Source of the DNA: Longimicrobiales bacterium
Lineage (GTDB): Bacteria > Gemmatimonadota > Gemmatimonadetes > Longimicrobiales > Gaopeijiaceae
DNA: 64,000 nt
Assembly: GCA_041690395.1 (NCBI GenBank)
Contig: JAWLHJ010000001.1
Coordinates: 480,001-544,000 of the forward strand
Reading direction: 5' to 3'
Part shown: positions 34,709 to 43,818 of the stretch, one piece after another
How the letters are laid out: each line of letters begins with the position of its first letter
How positions within the stretch are numbered: the first letter of the stretch is position 1
Notes under the pieces: generated by a model
The model's input: only the letters and a program-made list of their open reading frames with translations
Database searches by the model: none
What the model was told of the DNA's origin: nothing
Made by a program: the position numbers and the translations under genes

Positions 34709-36310
34709 ATGAGTGGGATGTGCGAAAGGGTCACGCGGGGCGCCGCGATGGGACTGTCGGTCCTGGTGTTGGCCGCTTCGACAGCGGCCGGGCAGAGCCT
34801 GGCCGACGACGATCCGGTCCTGCGCGCGATCTGGGAAGAGGCGACGGTTCGCTCGCAGGTGGAGCCGCTCTCGCAGGCGCTGCTCGACTCGATCGGGCCG
34901 CGGCTCACGGCGTCGCCCCAGATGGACCGGGCCCAGGACTGGGCGGTCGAGCGCTTCCGCTCGTGGGGACTGGAGGCGCGACGTGAGCAGTACGGAACCT
35001 GGGAGGGGTGGGATCGCGGACCGAGCCACGTCGACCTGGTGTCGCCGCGGGTCCGCTCCCTCGAAGGACGGATCCTGGCGTGGAGCCCGGGCACCGGCGG
35101 CCAGCCGGTGGAGGGCGGCGTGACGTACCTGCCGGATATCCGCACATCCGCCGACTGGGACCAGTTCCTCGAGACCGTCGCCGGCACCTGGGTGATGATG
35201 TCCTACCCCGAGCCGACGTGCCGCGCGGACGAGCAGTGGGAAGAGTACGCCATGGAAGGCTCGTTCGAGCGGATGGACGAGGCCCGGAACGCGGGCAGGG
35301 CGCTGTGGAACGCCAGCCTGGCCGCGACCGGATCCACCGACCCGAGGCGCCGCGACCTGCACGAAGCACTCGAGGACGCCGGCGCGCTCGGGATCATCAC
35401 GTCGCAGTGGCCCGGCTCGTACGGCACGACGCGTGTCTTCAACGCCTACACGCGGGAGCGTCCCACCTTCGAGCTGTCCTGCGAGGACTACGGGCTCGTC
35501 CACAGGTTGGTCGCCAACGGGCAGAGCCCGGTCGTCCGGCTGAGGGCCGAGTCCGAGAATCTCGGAGAGCGACCCACGCACAACGTCATCGCCACCATTC
35601 CGGGCACCGACCTGGCGGACGAGTACGTCATGCTCTCGGCGCACTACGACTCGTGGGAAGGCGGCTCTGGGGCGACCGACAACGGCACCGGCTCCGTGCT
35701 GATGATGGAGGTAGCGCGTATCCTGAGCACGGTGTATCCGCGGCCCCGACGCACGATCATGGTGGGGCTCTGGAGCGGCGAGGAGCAGGGCTTGAACGGC
35801 TCGCGCGCGTTCACCGAGGATCACCCCGAGGTCGTCGAAGGTCTGCAGGCGCTGTTCAACCAGGACAACGGCACCGGGCGCATCGTGAACCTGTCCCCGC
35901 AGGGCTTCACCGGCGCGGCGGGTACGCTGTCGTCGTGGCTGGCGCGGGTGCCGGACGAGGTGTCGACGCACGTGAGTGTCCAGTTGCCCGGTAGCCCGGG
36001 CGGAGGCGGCTCGGACTACGCCTCGTTCGTGTGCTGGGGCGCGCCCGCGTTCAATCTGGGCGCCCTGTCCTGGGACTACGGCTCGCACACCTGGCACACC
36101 CACCGCGACACGTTCGACAAGGTCGTCTTCGACGATCTCCGGAACAACGTCGTGCTGACGGCGTCCCTCGCCTATCTGGCGGCGAACTCCGATGAGCGTG
36201 TAAGTCGCGAGCGCCGGGAGATCATCACCGATTTCCAGGGCCGGCCCGCCGAGTGGCCCGCGTGTCAGCCGGCGGTACGGCGGTCGTCCGACAGCCCGAG
36301 GATGCAGTGA
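34709..36310 (+). CDS. Secreted M28-family peptidase (carboxypeptidase Q-like)
   Basis: SAHYDSW, GATDNGTG, WSGEEQGLNGS, SDYASF, HTHRDTFDK; exact start uncertain. Confidence 0.88.
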   Translation: MSGMCERVTRGAAMGLSVLVLAASTAAGQSLADDDPVLRAIWEEATVRSQVEPLSQALLDSIGPRLTASPQMDRAQDWAVERFRSWGLEARREQYGTWEGWDRGPSHVDLVSPRVRSLEGRILAWSPGTGGQPVEGGVTYLPDIRTSADWDQFLETVAGTWVMMSYPEPTCRADEQWEEYAMEGSFERMDEARNAGRALWNASLAATGSTDPRRRDLHEALEDAGALGIITSQWPGSYGTTRVFNAYTRERPTFELSCEDYGLVHRLVANGQSPVVRLRAESENLGERPTHNVIATIPGTDLADEYVMLSAHYDSWEGGSGATDNGTGSVLMMEVARILSTVYPRPRRTIMVGLWSGEEQGLNGSRAFTEDHPEVVEGLQALFNQDNGTGRIVNLSPQGFTGAAGTLSSWLARVPDEVSTHVSVQLPGSPGGGGSDYASFVCWGAPAFNLGALSWDYGSHTWHTHRDTFDKVVFDDLRNNVVLTASLAYLAANSDERVSRERREIITDFQGRPAEWPACQPAVRRSSDSPRMQ

Positions 36311-37602
36311 CGGAGGAAGCGACCCGGCGCATCCGCGCGGCGCGAGACGACCTCGCGTGGCCGTCGATGCGGCACATGTACCCGGAGGCGCTGACCCTCG
36401 ACCGCGGGGAGGGTGTGCGCCTCTGGGACACCGACGGCCGCGCCTATCTGGATCTCTTCGCGGGGATCCTCACGACGTCGGTGGGCCACTGCCACCCCCG
36501 CGTGATCGAGGCGGTGGAGCGGCAGCTTCGCCGGCTGGGCCACGTCTCGACCCTGTACGAGACGGAGCCCCACATGGAGGCCGCGCGGCGACTGGCCGAG
36601 CTCGCCCCGGGCGGGCTCCGCCGTACGTTCTTCACCAACTCCGGGACCGAGGCCATCGAGACGGCCGTGTTCATGGCCCGTGCGGTCACGGGGCGCCGGG
36701 AGATCGTCGCGCTTCGGGGTGGCTATCACGGTCGCTCCGCCCTCGGCATGGCGCTCACCGCGCACCCCACCTTCCGGCCGCTTCCCGCCCCGGCGGCCGG
36801 CGTCGTGCACGCGCGCTCGCCGTACCCCTATCGCTGCCCGTACCGGCGGCCGTGCGACGACACGTGCGTGGACCGGTACATCGAGGAGCTCGAGGAGGTC
36901 ATCGTCACCACGACCGACGGGCGGCCCGCCGCGCTCCTCCTCGAGACCATCCAGGGGGTGTCGGGCTACATCGTGCCGCCGCCGGAGTATCTGCGACGGG
37001 CGGCCGAGCTGATCCGCTCGTACGGCGGGCTGTTCATCGCGGACGAGGTCCAGGCCGCCCTCGGGCGGACGGGCTCGCGTTGGTTCGGCATCGAGCACGC
37101 CGGAGTCGAGCCGGACTTCATCGTCATGGCGAAGGGTCTCGCAGGGGGATTCCCGGCGGCGGCCACCATCACCACCGACGCGATCGCGGGTGCGTGGGAG
37201 GGCAACACGATCTCCACCTTCGGGGGGAATCCGGTCGTGATGGCGGCCCTCTCGGCCACGCTCGACGTCCTCGTCGAGGCCGACGCACCGGCCAACGCCG
37301 AGGCGCGCGGACGGGAGCTTCGCGAGGGGTTGGCCGCTCTCCAGACGTCCTACCCCTGGATCGGGGAGGTGCGGGGGATGGGCCTCATGATCGGCGTCGA
37401 GCTGGTGACCGACCCGGACTCCCGAGCGCCCGACCCGGCCCGTACTCGCGCCCTGGTCGAGGCGGCCCGGGACGAGGGGCTGCTGATCGGCTCCGGCGGG
37501 CTGCACGGGAACGTGATCCGTATCGGCCCGTCGCTCCTGATCTCGCCGGAGGAAGTGGCCGAGGGTGTGGAGCGGTTCGGGCGGGCGTGCGGGAGGGTCT
37601 AG
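36307..37602 (+). CDS. Class-III PLP-dependent aminotransferase
   Basis: FTNSGTEA, FIADEVQ, MAKGLAGG, STFGGNP; GTG overlaps the upstream stop. Confidence 0.92.
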   Translation: MTEEATRRIRAARDDLAWPSMRHMYPEALTLDRGEGVRLWDTDGRAYLDLFAGILTTSVGHCHPRVIEAVERQLRRLGHVSTLYETEPHMEAARRLAELAPGGLRRTFFTNSGTEAIETAVFMARAVTGRREIVALRGGYHGRSALGMALTAHPTFRPLPAPAAGVVHARSPYPYRCPYRRPCDDTCVDRYIEELEEVIVTTTDGRPAALLLETIQGVSGYIVPPPEYLRRAAELIRSYGGLFIADEVQAALGRTGSRWFGIEHAGVEPDFIVMAKGLAGGFPAAATITTDAIAGAWEGNTISTFGGNPVVMAALSATLDVLVEADAPANAEARGRELREGLAALQTSYPWIGEVRGMGLMIGVELVTDPDSRAPDPARTRALVEAARDEGLLIGSGGLHGNVIRIGPSLLISPEEVAEGVERFGRACGRV

Positions 37603-37674
37603 TCTGACAGCCCGTGGCAGAAAGGGTGATGCTCGCGACACGGGGAGGACTGGAGTCGAAAAGACGACGACAGG

Positions 37675-37938
37675 GTGGAAGGCTCGCCCACACGCACGTT
37701 CACCGACGTGGCCGCACAGGTGGGCATGCAGCTCCGCCTGACCTCCCCGGGCGGCTCGTGCCGCGCCATCATGGTGGACTTCACGACCGGCAACTACTTC
37801 CAGGTGCTGGGCGTCCGGCCCGCGCTCGGACGGGTGTTCGATGAGGACACCGCCGTTCCTGGTGTTCTGAGCCCGCTCGTCGTTCTCAGCAACTGATCTT
37901 GGCGAACCGAGCTCGGCGCTGACTCGACGGTCCTGGGG
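37675..37938 (+). pseudogene. Fragment of a MacB/ADOP-type ABC permease periplasmic domain with an in-frame stop
   Basis: TGNYFQVLGVRPALGRVFDEDTAVPG...VVLSN*SWRTELGADSTVLG; the family-like pattern continues past TGA (37894-37896); rest of gene absent. Confidence 0.7.
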
Positions 37939-37973
37939 CATGTCCAGGTGGGTCATGCTCGTGGGAAATGATA

Positions 37974-38155
37974 GTGGCAGAAACGTTCCAAACCAGACGA
38001 CCTCGACCGGCGATTGGGATGTTGACCACGCTATGCGGCAGAAAGATTGCGAGGCCGCCGCCGAGATCCCGCTCCGTGGCATCTCGACCACCCTATGCGG
38101 CAGAAACATCCCTACGCGGTCGCCGCATCCACCTGCCGTATCACGTTTCTGCCAC
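37974..38155. repeat. GGCAGAAA-core repeat cluster: three direct units at 61/62-bp spacing bounded by a 13-bp inverted repeat
   Basis: GTGGCAGAAACGT (37974-37986) / ACGTTTCTGCCAC (38143-38155); 32-bp direct repeats at 38016-38047 and 38078-38109 (27/32 identical). Confidence 0.75.
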
Positions 38156-39251
38156 GCGCCGCTAAACACCGGCCAGGCGCGGGCCCGTGCTCCTCGAGCC
38201 AGACCTCCGGGTCCACCGTACGCCCGCGCTCGTCCGGGTTCAGCCGGAACCAGCGCGCCACCAGGAGGATCTCGGCCGCCTCGTCCGCGGTGAGCGCGGC
38301 CGGGCCGGTGTCGGGCTCGCCGTAGACTTCTTCGACCGCCTCGGCGACCCGGGCACGCTGGCGCTTTCCCTTCGGCAACGGGAGCTCACGCCGGATGCGC
38401 CCCTTGCGGATGAGGTAGACGCGGTCGTCTCCGTGGTGCCCGGGTACGCGGTACACGAAGGTCAGGTCCTCGACCGTGCCCCGAAACGCGGTGAGCTCGT
38501 CACGGAACCGCATGAGCCGCTCGAGTCGGTCGCGCAGGAGCGCGGCGTACTCGAAGTCCATCCGCCGGGCGGCCTCGGCCATGCGCGCCTCGATCTCCCC
38601 GAGCGGGCCGCCGCTCTTCCCCTCGAGGAACGCGCGGGCCGTCGCGACCGCGGACGCGTAGTCCGCCTCCGTGGGCCGGCCGCAGCAGGGCGCGAGACAG
38701 GTCCGCAGCTCGGCGCGCAGGCAACGCGGTGGACGTCCGCCGCCGAACATCTCCAGCTGATCGCCGTAGAAGACCGGCGTGCTCCCCGGACAGTCCCGGA
38801 GCCCGAGCGCGTGGCCGAGCTCGCGCACCGTACGCGCAACCGCGCCGACGCGCGGAAACGGACCGAAGTAGGCCGCCCCGTCGGGTGCGATCCGGCTCAC
38901 CGCCAGCACCCTGGGCGCCATCTCGTTCGTGATCTTCACGAACACGTAGATCTTCCTCCGCCGATGCTGCACGTTGAAGCGAGGCTGGGCGGTCTGGATC
39001 TGCTTCATCTCGCGAACCAGCGCCGAAAACTCGTTCGGGATGTAGTCCCACTCGATGTGGGCGCTCTCCTTGATGAGCTCCCATGCCTTGTCGCCGCGCG
39101 GCGCCCGGAAGTAGGAGAGGAGGCGGCTCCGCACCCGGACCGACTTCCCCACGTAGAGCAGCCGCCCGTCCGGCCCGAACATCCGATACACGCCGGGCCG
39201 GTTCTCGGCGCGGGCGCGGACGTGCTCCCGGAGGGTGGGGTTGGGATTCAC
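38112..39251 (-). CDS. UvrC-like GIY-YIG nuclease with UVR domain (Cho-like architecture)
   Basis: PGVYRMFG...LYVGKSVRVRSRLLSYF, Cys-rich LRDC...RCL...TCLAPCC, UVR motif MAEAARRMDFEYAALLRD. Confidence 0.85.
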   Translation of the reverse strand: MNPNPTLREHVRARAENRPGVYRMFGPDGRLLYVGKSVRVRSRLLSYFRAPRGDKAWELIKESAHIEWDYIPNEFSALVREMKQIQTAQPRFNVQHRRRKIYVFVKITNEMAPRVLAVSRIAPDGAAYFGPFPRVGAVARTVRELGHALGLRDCPGSTPVFYGDQLEMFGGGRPPRCLRAELRTCLAPCCGRPTEADYASAVATARAFLEGKSGGPLGEIEARMAEAARRMDFEYAALLRDRLERLMRFRDELTAFRGTVEDLTFVYRVPGHHGDDRVYLIRKGRIRRELPLPKGKRQRARVAEAVEEVYGEPDTGPAALTADEAAEILLVARWFRLNPDERGRTVDPEVWLEEHGPAPGRCLAARGRNVIRQVDAATA

Positions 39252-39387
39252 GGGTCTGCGGGTGGAGGTGGCGGTGCGGGTGCCGCGGAAGAACTTTCGC
39301 TGTTTCTTCGGTAACGTACGCGAGGACGTGCGCGCACCGCAATCGCGGGGGGGAGTGGTGGATTGAGGCCCACTCAGTCCGGCGCCG

Positions 39388-40161
39388 TTACTCCGGCTCC
39401 ACCACCCGGATCCGGATGGTATCCGTGAACGGGGAGCCGTCCAGGCTCCAGACGACGACGAAATCGCCTTCGCCCTCTGCCAGGAAGCTCAGCTTGTTCA
39501 AGGGTGGCGTGTACGTGTGATACTCGTCCCAAATGAGATCATCCATCGGAGCGTCGCCTGAGCTCTCCCACGACCATTGGGGGTTGCCGTCCCACAGCCA
39601 GTCCACTTCATCGCGGTGCGTCCCGCCCGGGTCGGGGGCGTCCGTAGCGGCGAACGACGCCGTGAGGTCAACGATCTCGCCGACGGCCATCTCCACGGTG
39701 TCGGGAACGTCGGCCAGCGGTGTTGTACCGATCCGTATCTCCGTCCGCACGCCCAGGTACCAGACGTCCCGGCTGAAGTGGAAGTCGTATCCGGTCTGTG
39801 TCACACCGCTCCGCACCTGCTGGACGGTCTCCAGGGCCGCGGTCGTGAGCCCGAGCGCCCGACGCGAAGTCCACGGTATGTCCACGTATTTGGTGGTGCA
39901 CTCGTTCGGTTCACTCGGATGCGTGCCCGATACCGTGTACCTACCCTCGCGATCCGTGACCGCGGTCGCGATCCAAAGGTGTGAGCCGGGTGGAGGGAGA
40001 GCGGAGGGAGTGGAGAACTTCACCTCGACCCCCGGCACGGGAACGCCATCCTCGTACACGGTGCCCGAGACGGTCGTGACACAGGAGCCGAGACCCAGGA
40101 TCTCACAGCCGGTGGCCGCGAGGATGGTCGGTAGCAGGCACCACGCCGCCGGTCTCATCAT
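39388..40161 (-). CDS. Hypothetical lipoprotein with a probable beta-sandwich (carboxypeptidase-regulatory-like) domain
   Basis: Lipobox LAATGC; VSGTVYEDGVPVPGVEV...AVTDREGRYTVSG; RBS GGAGG. Confidence 0.6.
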   Translation of the reverse strand: MMRPAAWCLLPTILAATGCEILGLGSCVTTVSGTVYEDGVPVPGVEVKFSTPSALPPPGSHLWIATAVTDREGRYTVSGTHPSEPNECTTKYVDIPWTSRRALGLTTAALETVQQVRSGVTQTGYDFHFSRDVWYLGVRTEIRIGTTPLADVPDTVEMAVGEIVDLTASFAATDAPDPGGTHRDEVDWLWDGNPQWSWESSGDAPMDDLIWDEYHTYTPPLNKLSFLAEGEGDFVVVWSLDGSPFTDTIRIRVVEPE

Positions 40162-40409
40162 CGCCTCCAGATAAGCAGGACCATCGAGGATACGTGTCCC
40201 AAGCTAGGAAGCGACGGCAGCCCGCGCTGTACGTATTCGTGCGTAGGCGCGGTACAGAGGCATCCCGCAACCAGGGACTGGCGCTTTCGCTTTTTATTCG
40301 GGATCATTCAGGAGGAGGCCGGTGGCGCTCGGCTGGCGTATCCTGCCATGAAGGGGCCCCGGCTCGATGGTATCTTGAGCAGTGACGTATTCAAGACGGC
40401 GGAGCGAGC

Positions 40410-41705
40410 ATGAGCACCACATCGGCGGGAAAGATCATCCGGGACCCGCTCTGGAATACCATTCGGCTCGATCCGACGGCGCTCCGCATCGTCGACACGG
40501 CGGCGTTCCAGCGCCTCCGCTACATCCGGCAGCTCGGCTGGACGCACCTGGTCTACCCGGGCGCCACGCACACGCGCTTCGACCACGCGCTGGGCGTGTA
40601 CCACCTGACGGTGCAGGCGCTGCGCCGGCTCCGGGAGCGGGGTGGGGTGCCGCCGGAGGCCTGGGAGAACGAGGAGCTCGTTCCGTACGCGGCGCTCCTG
40701 CACGACATCGGCCACTACCCGTTCTCCCACGCGCTCGAGGAGCTCGAGGAGCACAACGTTCCGGGCGATCACGAGGAGATGGGCCGGCGCTTCTTCCAGT
40801 CGCCGGAGCTCCGCGACGCGATGGCCCCCCTGGGGCTCGCGGCGCCCGAGCGCATCCATCAGCTCATCACCGGAGAGAGCCAGGTCCCGCTACGGGGGTT
40901 GATCAGCGGCAGCCTCGATCTCGACAAGATGGAGTATCTACGGCGCGACGCGCGCTTCTGCGGGGTCCCGTACGGCGAGGTGGACGTGCCCCGCCTGTTG
41001 CAGGCGCTGGTGCTGGTGCGCGACCCGGTCTCCGAAGCATTCGAGGTCGGCGTTCACGAGAAGGGCGTGGCCGCGCTCGAATCACTTCTCTTCGCGAAGT
41101 ATCAGATGTTCCGGAATGTGTATTGGCATCACGCGGTCCGGGCGGCGACGGCGCTGTACAAGCGGATCGTCGAGGAGTCGGTGCGCGCCGGGCTCCTCGA
41201 CCCGGACGAGCTCGTGGGTCCGACGGACGAGGAGTTGCTGCACGAGGTCGGGCGTCGGGCGCTCGAGGACGACGGGGAGATCGCCGAGCGCATCGCCACC
41301 CGCTGGCTACCCGCACTCAGGCAGCGACGCCTCCCTAAGCGGGCGGTCGAGCTGACTGCGGCGGACCTCATGGGGCGGAGGGTCGAGGACTGGGCGGTGG
41401 GTGATTCGCCGTGGAAGCGCGCGGTCGAGGACGACCTCGCGACCGAGCTCGGATTGGAGTCGGGCGAGGTCATGATCGACTTTCCGGCCAAAGCGGCCAT
41501 GTTCCAACTGGACATCCTCATCGAGCGGCGGGACGGCGGCGTCGAGCGCACCGGCCGCGAAGGCGTGCCCGGGCTCTTCGATCTGCCCCGCGTCGCGCAG
41601 GAGCTCTACCGCACGACCCGCGTGCTGCGCGTGTTCACCCTGGAGCGGCGGGAGCTTTCCGCGGATGTGGTGCTGGAGCGGATCACGCGGAAAGCGGAGG
41701 TCTGA
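40410..41705 (+). CDS. HD-domain phosphohydrolase (SAMHD1/YdhJ-like dNTPase family)
   Basis: FQRLRYIRQLG, HTRFDHALG, LLHDIGH, DLDKMEYLRRD, VYWHH. Confidence 0.9.
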   Translation: MSTTSAGKIIRDPLWNTIRLDPTALRIVDTAAFQRLRYIRQLGWTHLVYPGATHTRFDHALGVYHLTVQALRRLRERGGVPPEAWENEELVPYAALLHDIGHYPFSHALEELEEHNVPGDHEEMGRRFFQSPELRDAMAPLGLAAPERIHQLITGESQVPLRGLISGSLDLDKMEYLRRDARFCGVPYGEVDVPRLLQALVLVRDPVSEAFEVGVHEKGVAALESLLFAKYQMFRNVYWHHAVRAATALYKRIVEESVRAGLLDPDELVGPTDEELLHEVGRRALEDDGEIAERIATRWLPALRQRRLPKRAVELTAADLMGRRVEDWAVGDSPWKRAVEDDLATELGLESGEVMIDFPAKAAMFQLDILIERRDGGVERTGREGVPGLFDLPRVAQELYRTTRVLRVFTLERRELSADVVLERITRKAEV

Positions 41706-41738
41706 GGGACCTGCCCAGCGCGGACATCCGGCCGCGCG

Positions 41739-42560
41739 TCACCGAACGGCGACGAGCACCGCCGTGATGTTGTCCACACCTCCGGCCGCGTTCGCGTCGC
41801 CGATGAGGCCCTCGATGGCGCGCTCCGCCCCCTCCTTCGTTCCGTCGAGCGTGCGTGCGAGCAGGCCCGCGATCTCCCGGTCGGTCAGGCAGGCCATGAG
41901 CCCGTCGGAGCAGAGCAGGAAGACGTCGCCGGGCCCGGTGGTCCCGCTCGACACGCGCGGGTCGGGTGTCTGATCGAGTCCCACGCATTGGGTGAGGAGG
42001 TGGGCCTCGGGATGCCCCTGCGCGTCTTCGCGGCGGAGGTGACCGGACTCGATGCGATCTTCCAGCCAGGTGTCGTCCCGCGTGAGCTGCGTGAGCGTGC
42101 CGTCGGCGAACAGGTAGACGCGCGAGTCCCCCACGTTGCCGATCGTGTAGCCCGTTCCCCCGGGGTCGAGCGCCAGTGCGGACGTCGTCGTGCCCATGCC
42201 GGACAGGCGAGGCTCGGCGCGGCTGCGAGCCAGGACGGCCTCGTGCCCCACGAGGACCGAATCATGCATGGCTCGTTCCCGGGTGTCCGGTGTAACGTTG
42301 GCTCGGTCGGCCGGGGGCGAGCCGTTCGCCAGCGCACGGACGAGCGCATCCGCGGTCGCTCGCGCGGCGATGCGGCTGGCGACGTCACCACCGGGGTGTC
42401 CCCCCATGCCGTCCGCGACCACGACGATGCCGTGCTCCGGCGCGAGGACGAAGCTGTCCTCGTTGCGGGTGCGGCGTCGACCGATGTCGGTGGCGCCCAC
42501 GACGATCCAGGGCGACGGATCGGTCACGGGACGAGGGTGTGAGGGTGCATGGGGAGCCAA
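41739..42560 (-). CDS. PP2C/PrpC-family Ser/Thr protein phosphatase
   Basis: TDIGRRRTRNEDS, VADGMGGH, NVGDSRVY, LCSDGL, GGVDNIT; start uncertain. Confidence 0.93.
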   Translation of the reverse strand: MAPHAPSHPRPVTDPSPWIVVGATDIGRRRTRNEDSFVLAPEHGIVVVADGMGGHPGGDVASRIAARATADALVRALANGSPPADRANVTPDTRERAMHDSVLVGHEAVLARSRAEPRLSGMGTTTSALALDPGGTGYTIGNVGDSRVYLFADGTLTQLTRDDTWLEDRIESGHLRREDAQGHPEAHLLTQCVGLDQTPDPRVSSGTTGPGDVFLLCSDGLMACLTDREIAGLLARTLDGTKEGAERAIEGLIGDANAAGGVDNITAVLVAVR

Positions 42561-42695
42561 GCTAGAGGGGCGCTCCGTGGAGGAGCAACAGGGCTAGCGG
42601 ACGACCATCTTTGCCGTGGACGTCGTGACGGGCTATATGGAAGTGCGGAAAGGGAACCTCGGCGACGACGTCGAGTACAGAGCCGCTCACACACG

Positions 42696-42724
42696 TTGAC
42701 ACTCCTGGCCGTGCCCGACACCTT
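42696..42724 (+). promoter_or_regulatory. Candidate promoter of the sigma gene at 42827
   Basis: TTGACA (42696-42701)-N17-CACCTT (42719-42724). Confidence 0.5.
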
Positions 42725-42826
42725 AAACGGCTCAGGATTTTTTGAAGTCTAGATGTCCCTGGCGTAGAAGGGCGGCCGATTCAGGACGCTTTTCCGCAGG
42801 GGAGGACTCGAAGGAGATAGAAGACT

Positions 42827-43732
42827 ATGGCAGCTGCCCCGACTGGTAAGCGTCGGAAACGTCGCGGCAAAGGGAACCTGCTCTCCGGCTTCGACGCGAG
42901 CGTCGAAGAGCAGAGCGCTCTTGATCAGTACCTGCGCGACGTGAGCCGCCATGAGCTCATTACTCCCGACAAGGAGAAGGAGCTCGGTGCTCGCGCCCAG
43001 AAGGGTGATCAGGATGCGATCCAGGAGCTGGCCCGCGCGAACCTGCGCTTCGTGATCAGCGTGGCCAAGAAGTACCAGAACCGCGGCGTTTCCCTCACGG
43101 ATCTCATCCAGGAAGGGAACGTCGGTCTGGTCACGGCGGCGCGTAAGTTCGATCCCGAGCAGGGCGTGAAGTTCATCAGCTACGCCGTGTGGTGGATCCG
43201 GCAGGCGATTCTCGCTTCGCTGGCCAACCACGGCCGCGCGGTGCGTGTGCCGCTCAACCGCGCGAGCGATCTGGCGCGCATCTTCCGTGAGAAGGAGCGG
43301 CTCAAGCAGGAGAAGGGTCGCGAGCCGACCACGGACGAGCTGGCCGAGGCCACGTCGTTGACGCCGGAGCTGGTCGAGTCGCTGCAGACGCTGAACGCCG
43401 CCGAGATCCGTCTCGATGCGCCGATCGGTGACTCCGAGGATTCGCAGCTCGTGGAGCGCTTCATCACCGAGGAGGCCGCCGAGCCGGAGATCGAGGTCGA
43501 GAGTCGGCTCCTTACCGAGACGATCACGGAAGCACTTTCCACGCTCGAGGCGCGTGACGCGAAGGTGCTGCGTCTCTACTTCGGCCTGGAAGGGGAGCGT
43601 GAGCACACACTCGAGGAGATCGGCAACCTGCTGGGCGTGACGCGCGAGCGGATCCGTCAGTTGCGGGACCGGGCGCTGCGCCGTCTCCGCGAGGGCGACA
43701 AAGGCAACGCCCTGGAGTCGTTCGCGGCGTGA
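42827..43732 (+). CDS. RNA polymerase sigma factor, RpoD/SigA family, lacking region 1.1
   Basis: LDQYLRDV, ANLRFVISVAKKYQNRG, DLIQEGNVGL, FISYAVWWIRQAI, TLEEIGNLLGVTRERIRQL. Confidence 0.96.
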   Translation: MAAAPTGKRRKRRGKGNLLSGFDASVEEQSALDQYLRDVSRHELITPDKEKELGARAQKGDQDAIQELARANLRFVISVAKKYQNRGVSLTDLIQEGNVGLVTAARKFDPEQGVKFISYAVWWIRQAILASLANHGRAVRVPLNRASDLARIFREKERLKQEKGREPTTDELAEATSLTPELVESLQTLNAAEIRLDAPIGDSEDSQLVERFITEEAAEPEIEVESRLLTETITEALSTLEARDAKVLRLYFGLEGEREHTLEEIGNLLGVTRERIRQLRDRALRRLREGDKGNALESFAA

Positions 43733-43766
43733 CGCGCAGGCCGCGTTCGCGGCCGGGCAAGCCCCG

Positions 43767-43814
43767 AAACGCCCCTCGTGGGAGCGATACGCCGCTCTCG
43801 CGGGGGGCGTTTTT
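43767..43814 (+). terminator. Rho-independent terminator after the sigma gene
   Basis: AAACGCCCCTCGTGGGAGCG-ATACGC-CGCTCTCGCGGGGGGCGTTT followed by TT; 20-bp stem with three wobble pairs. Confidence 0.65.
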
Positions 43815-43818
43815 CGGT

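Noticed and set aside
38016..38109. CRISPR array call for the 32-bp direct repeats
   Set aside because: Only two good copies with 5 mismatches, an inverted terminal copy, and no cas genes or leader. Reported as an unexplained repeat instead.
39311..39392. Integron attC-like site after the orphan lipoprotein (GTAACG...CGTTAC inverted ends overlapping the stop)
   Set aside because: The ends do not fit RYYYAAC/GTTRRRY, internal pairing is poor, and there is no second site or integrase.
40410..41705. HD dNTPase as an anti-phage defence gene
   Set aside because: It has genome-typical composition and a housekeeping neighbourhood, with no accompanying defence genes.
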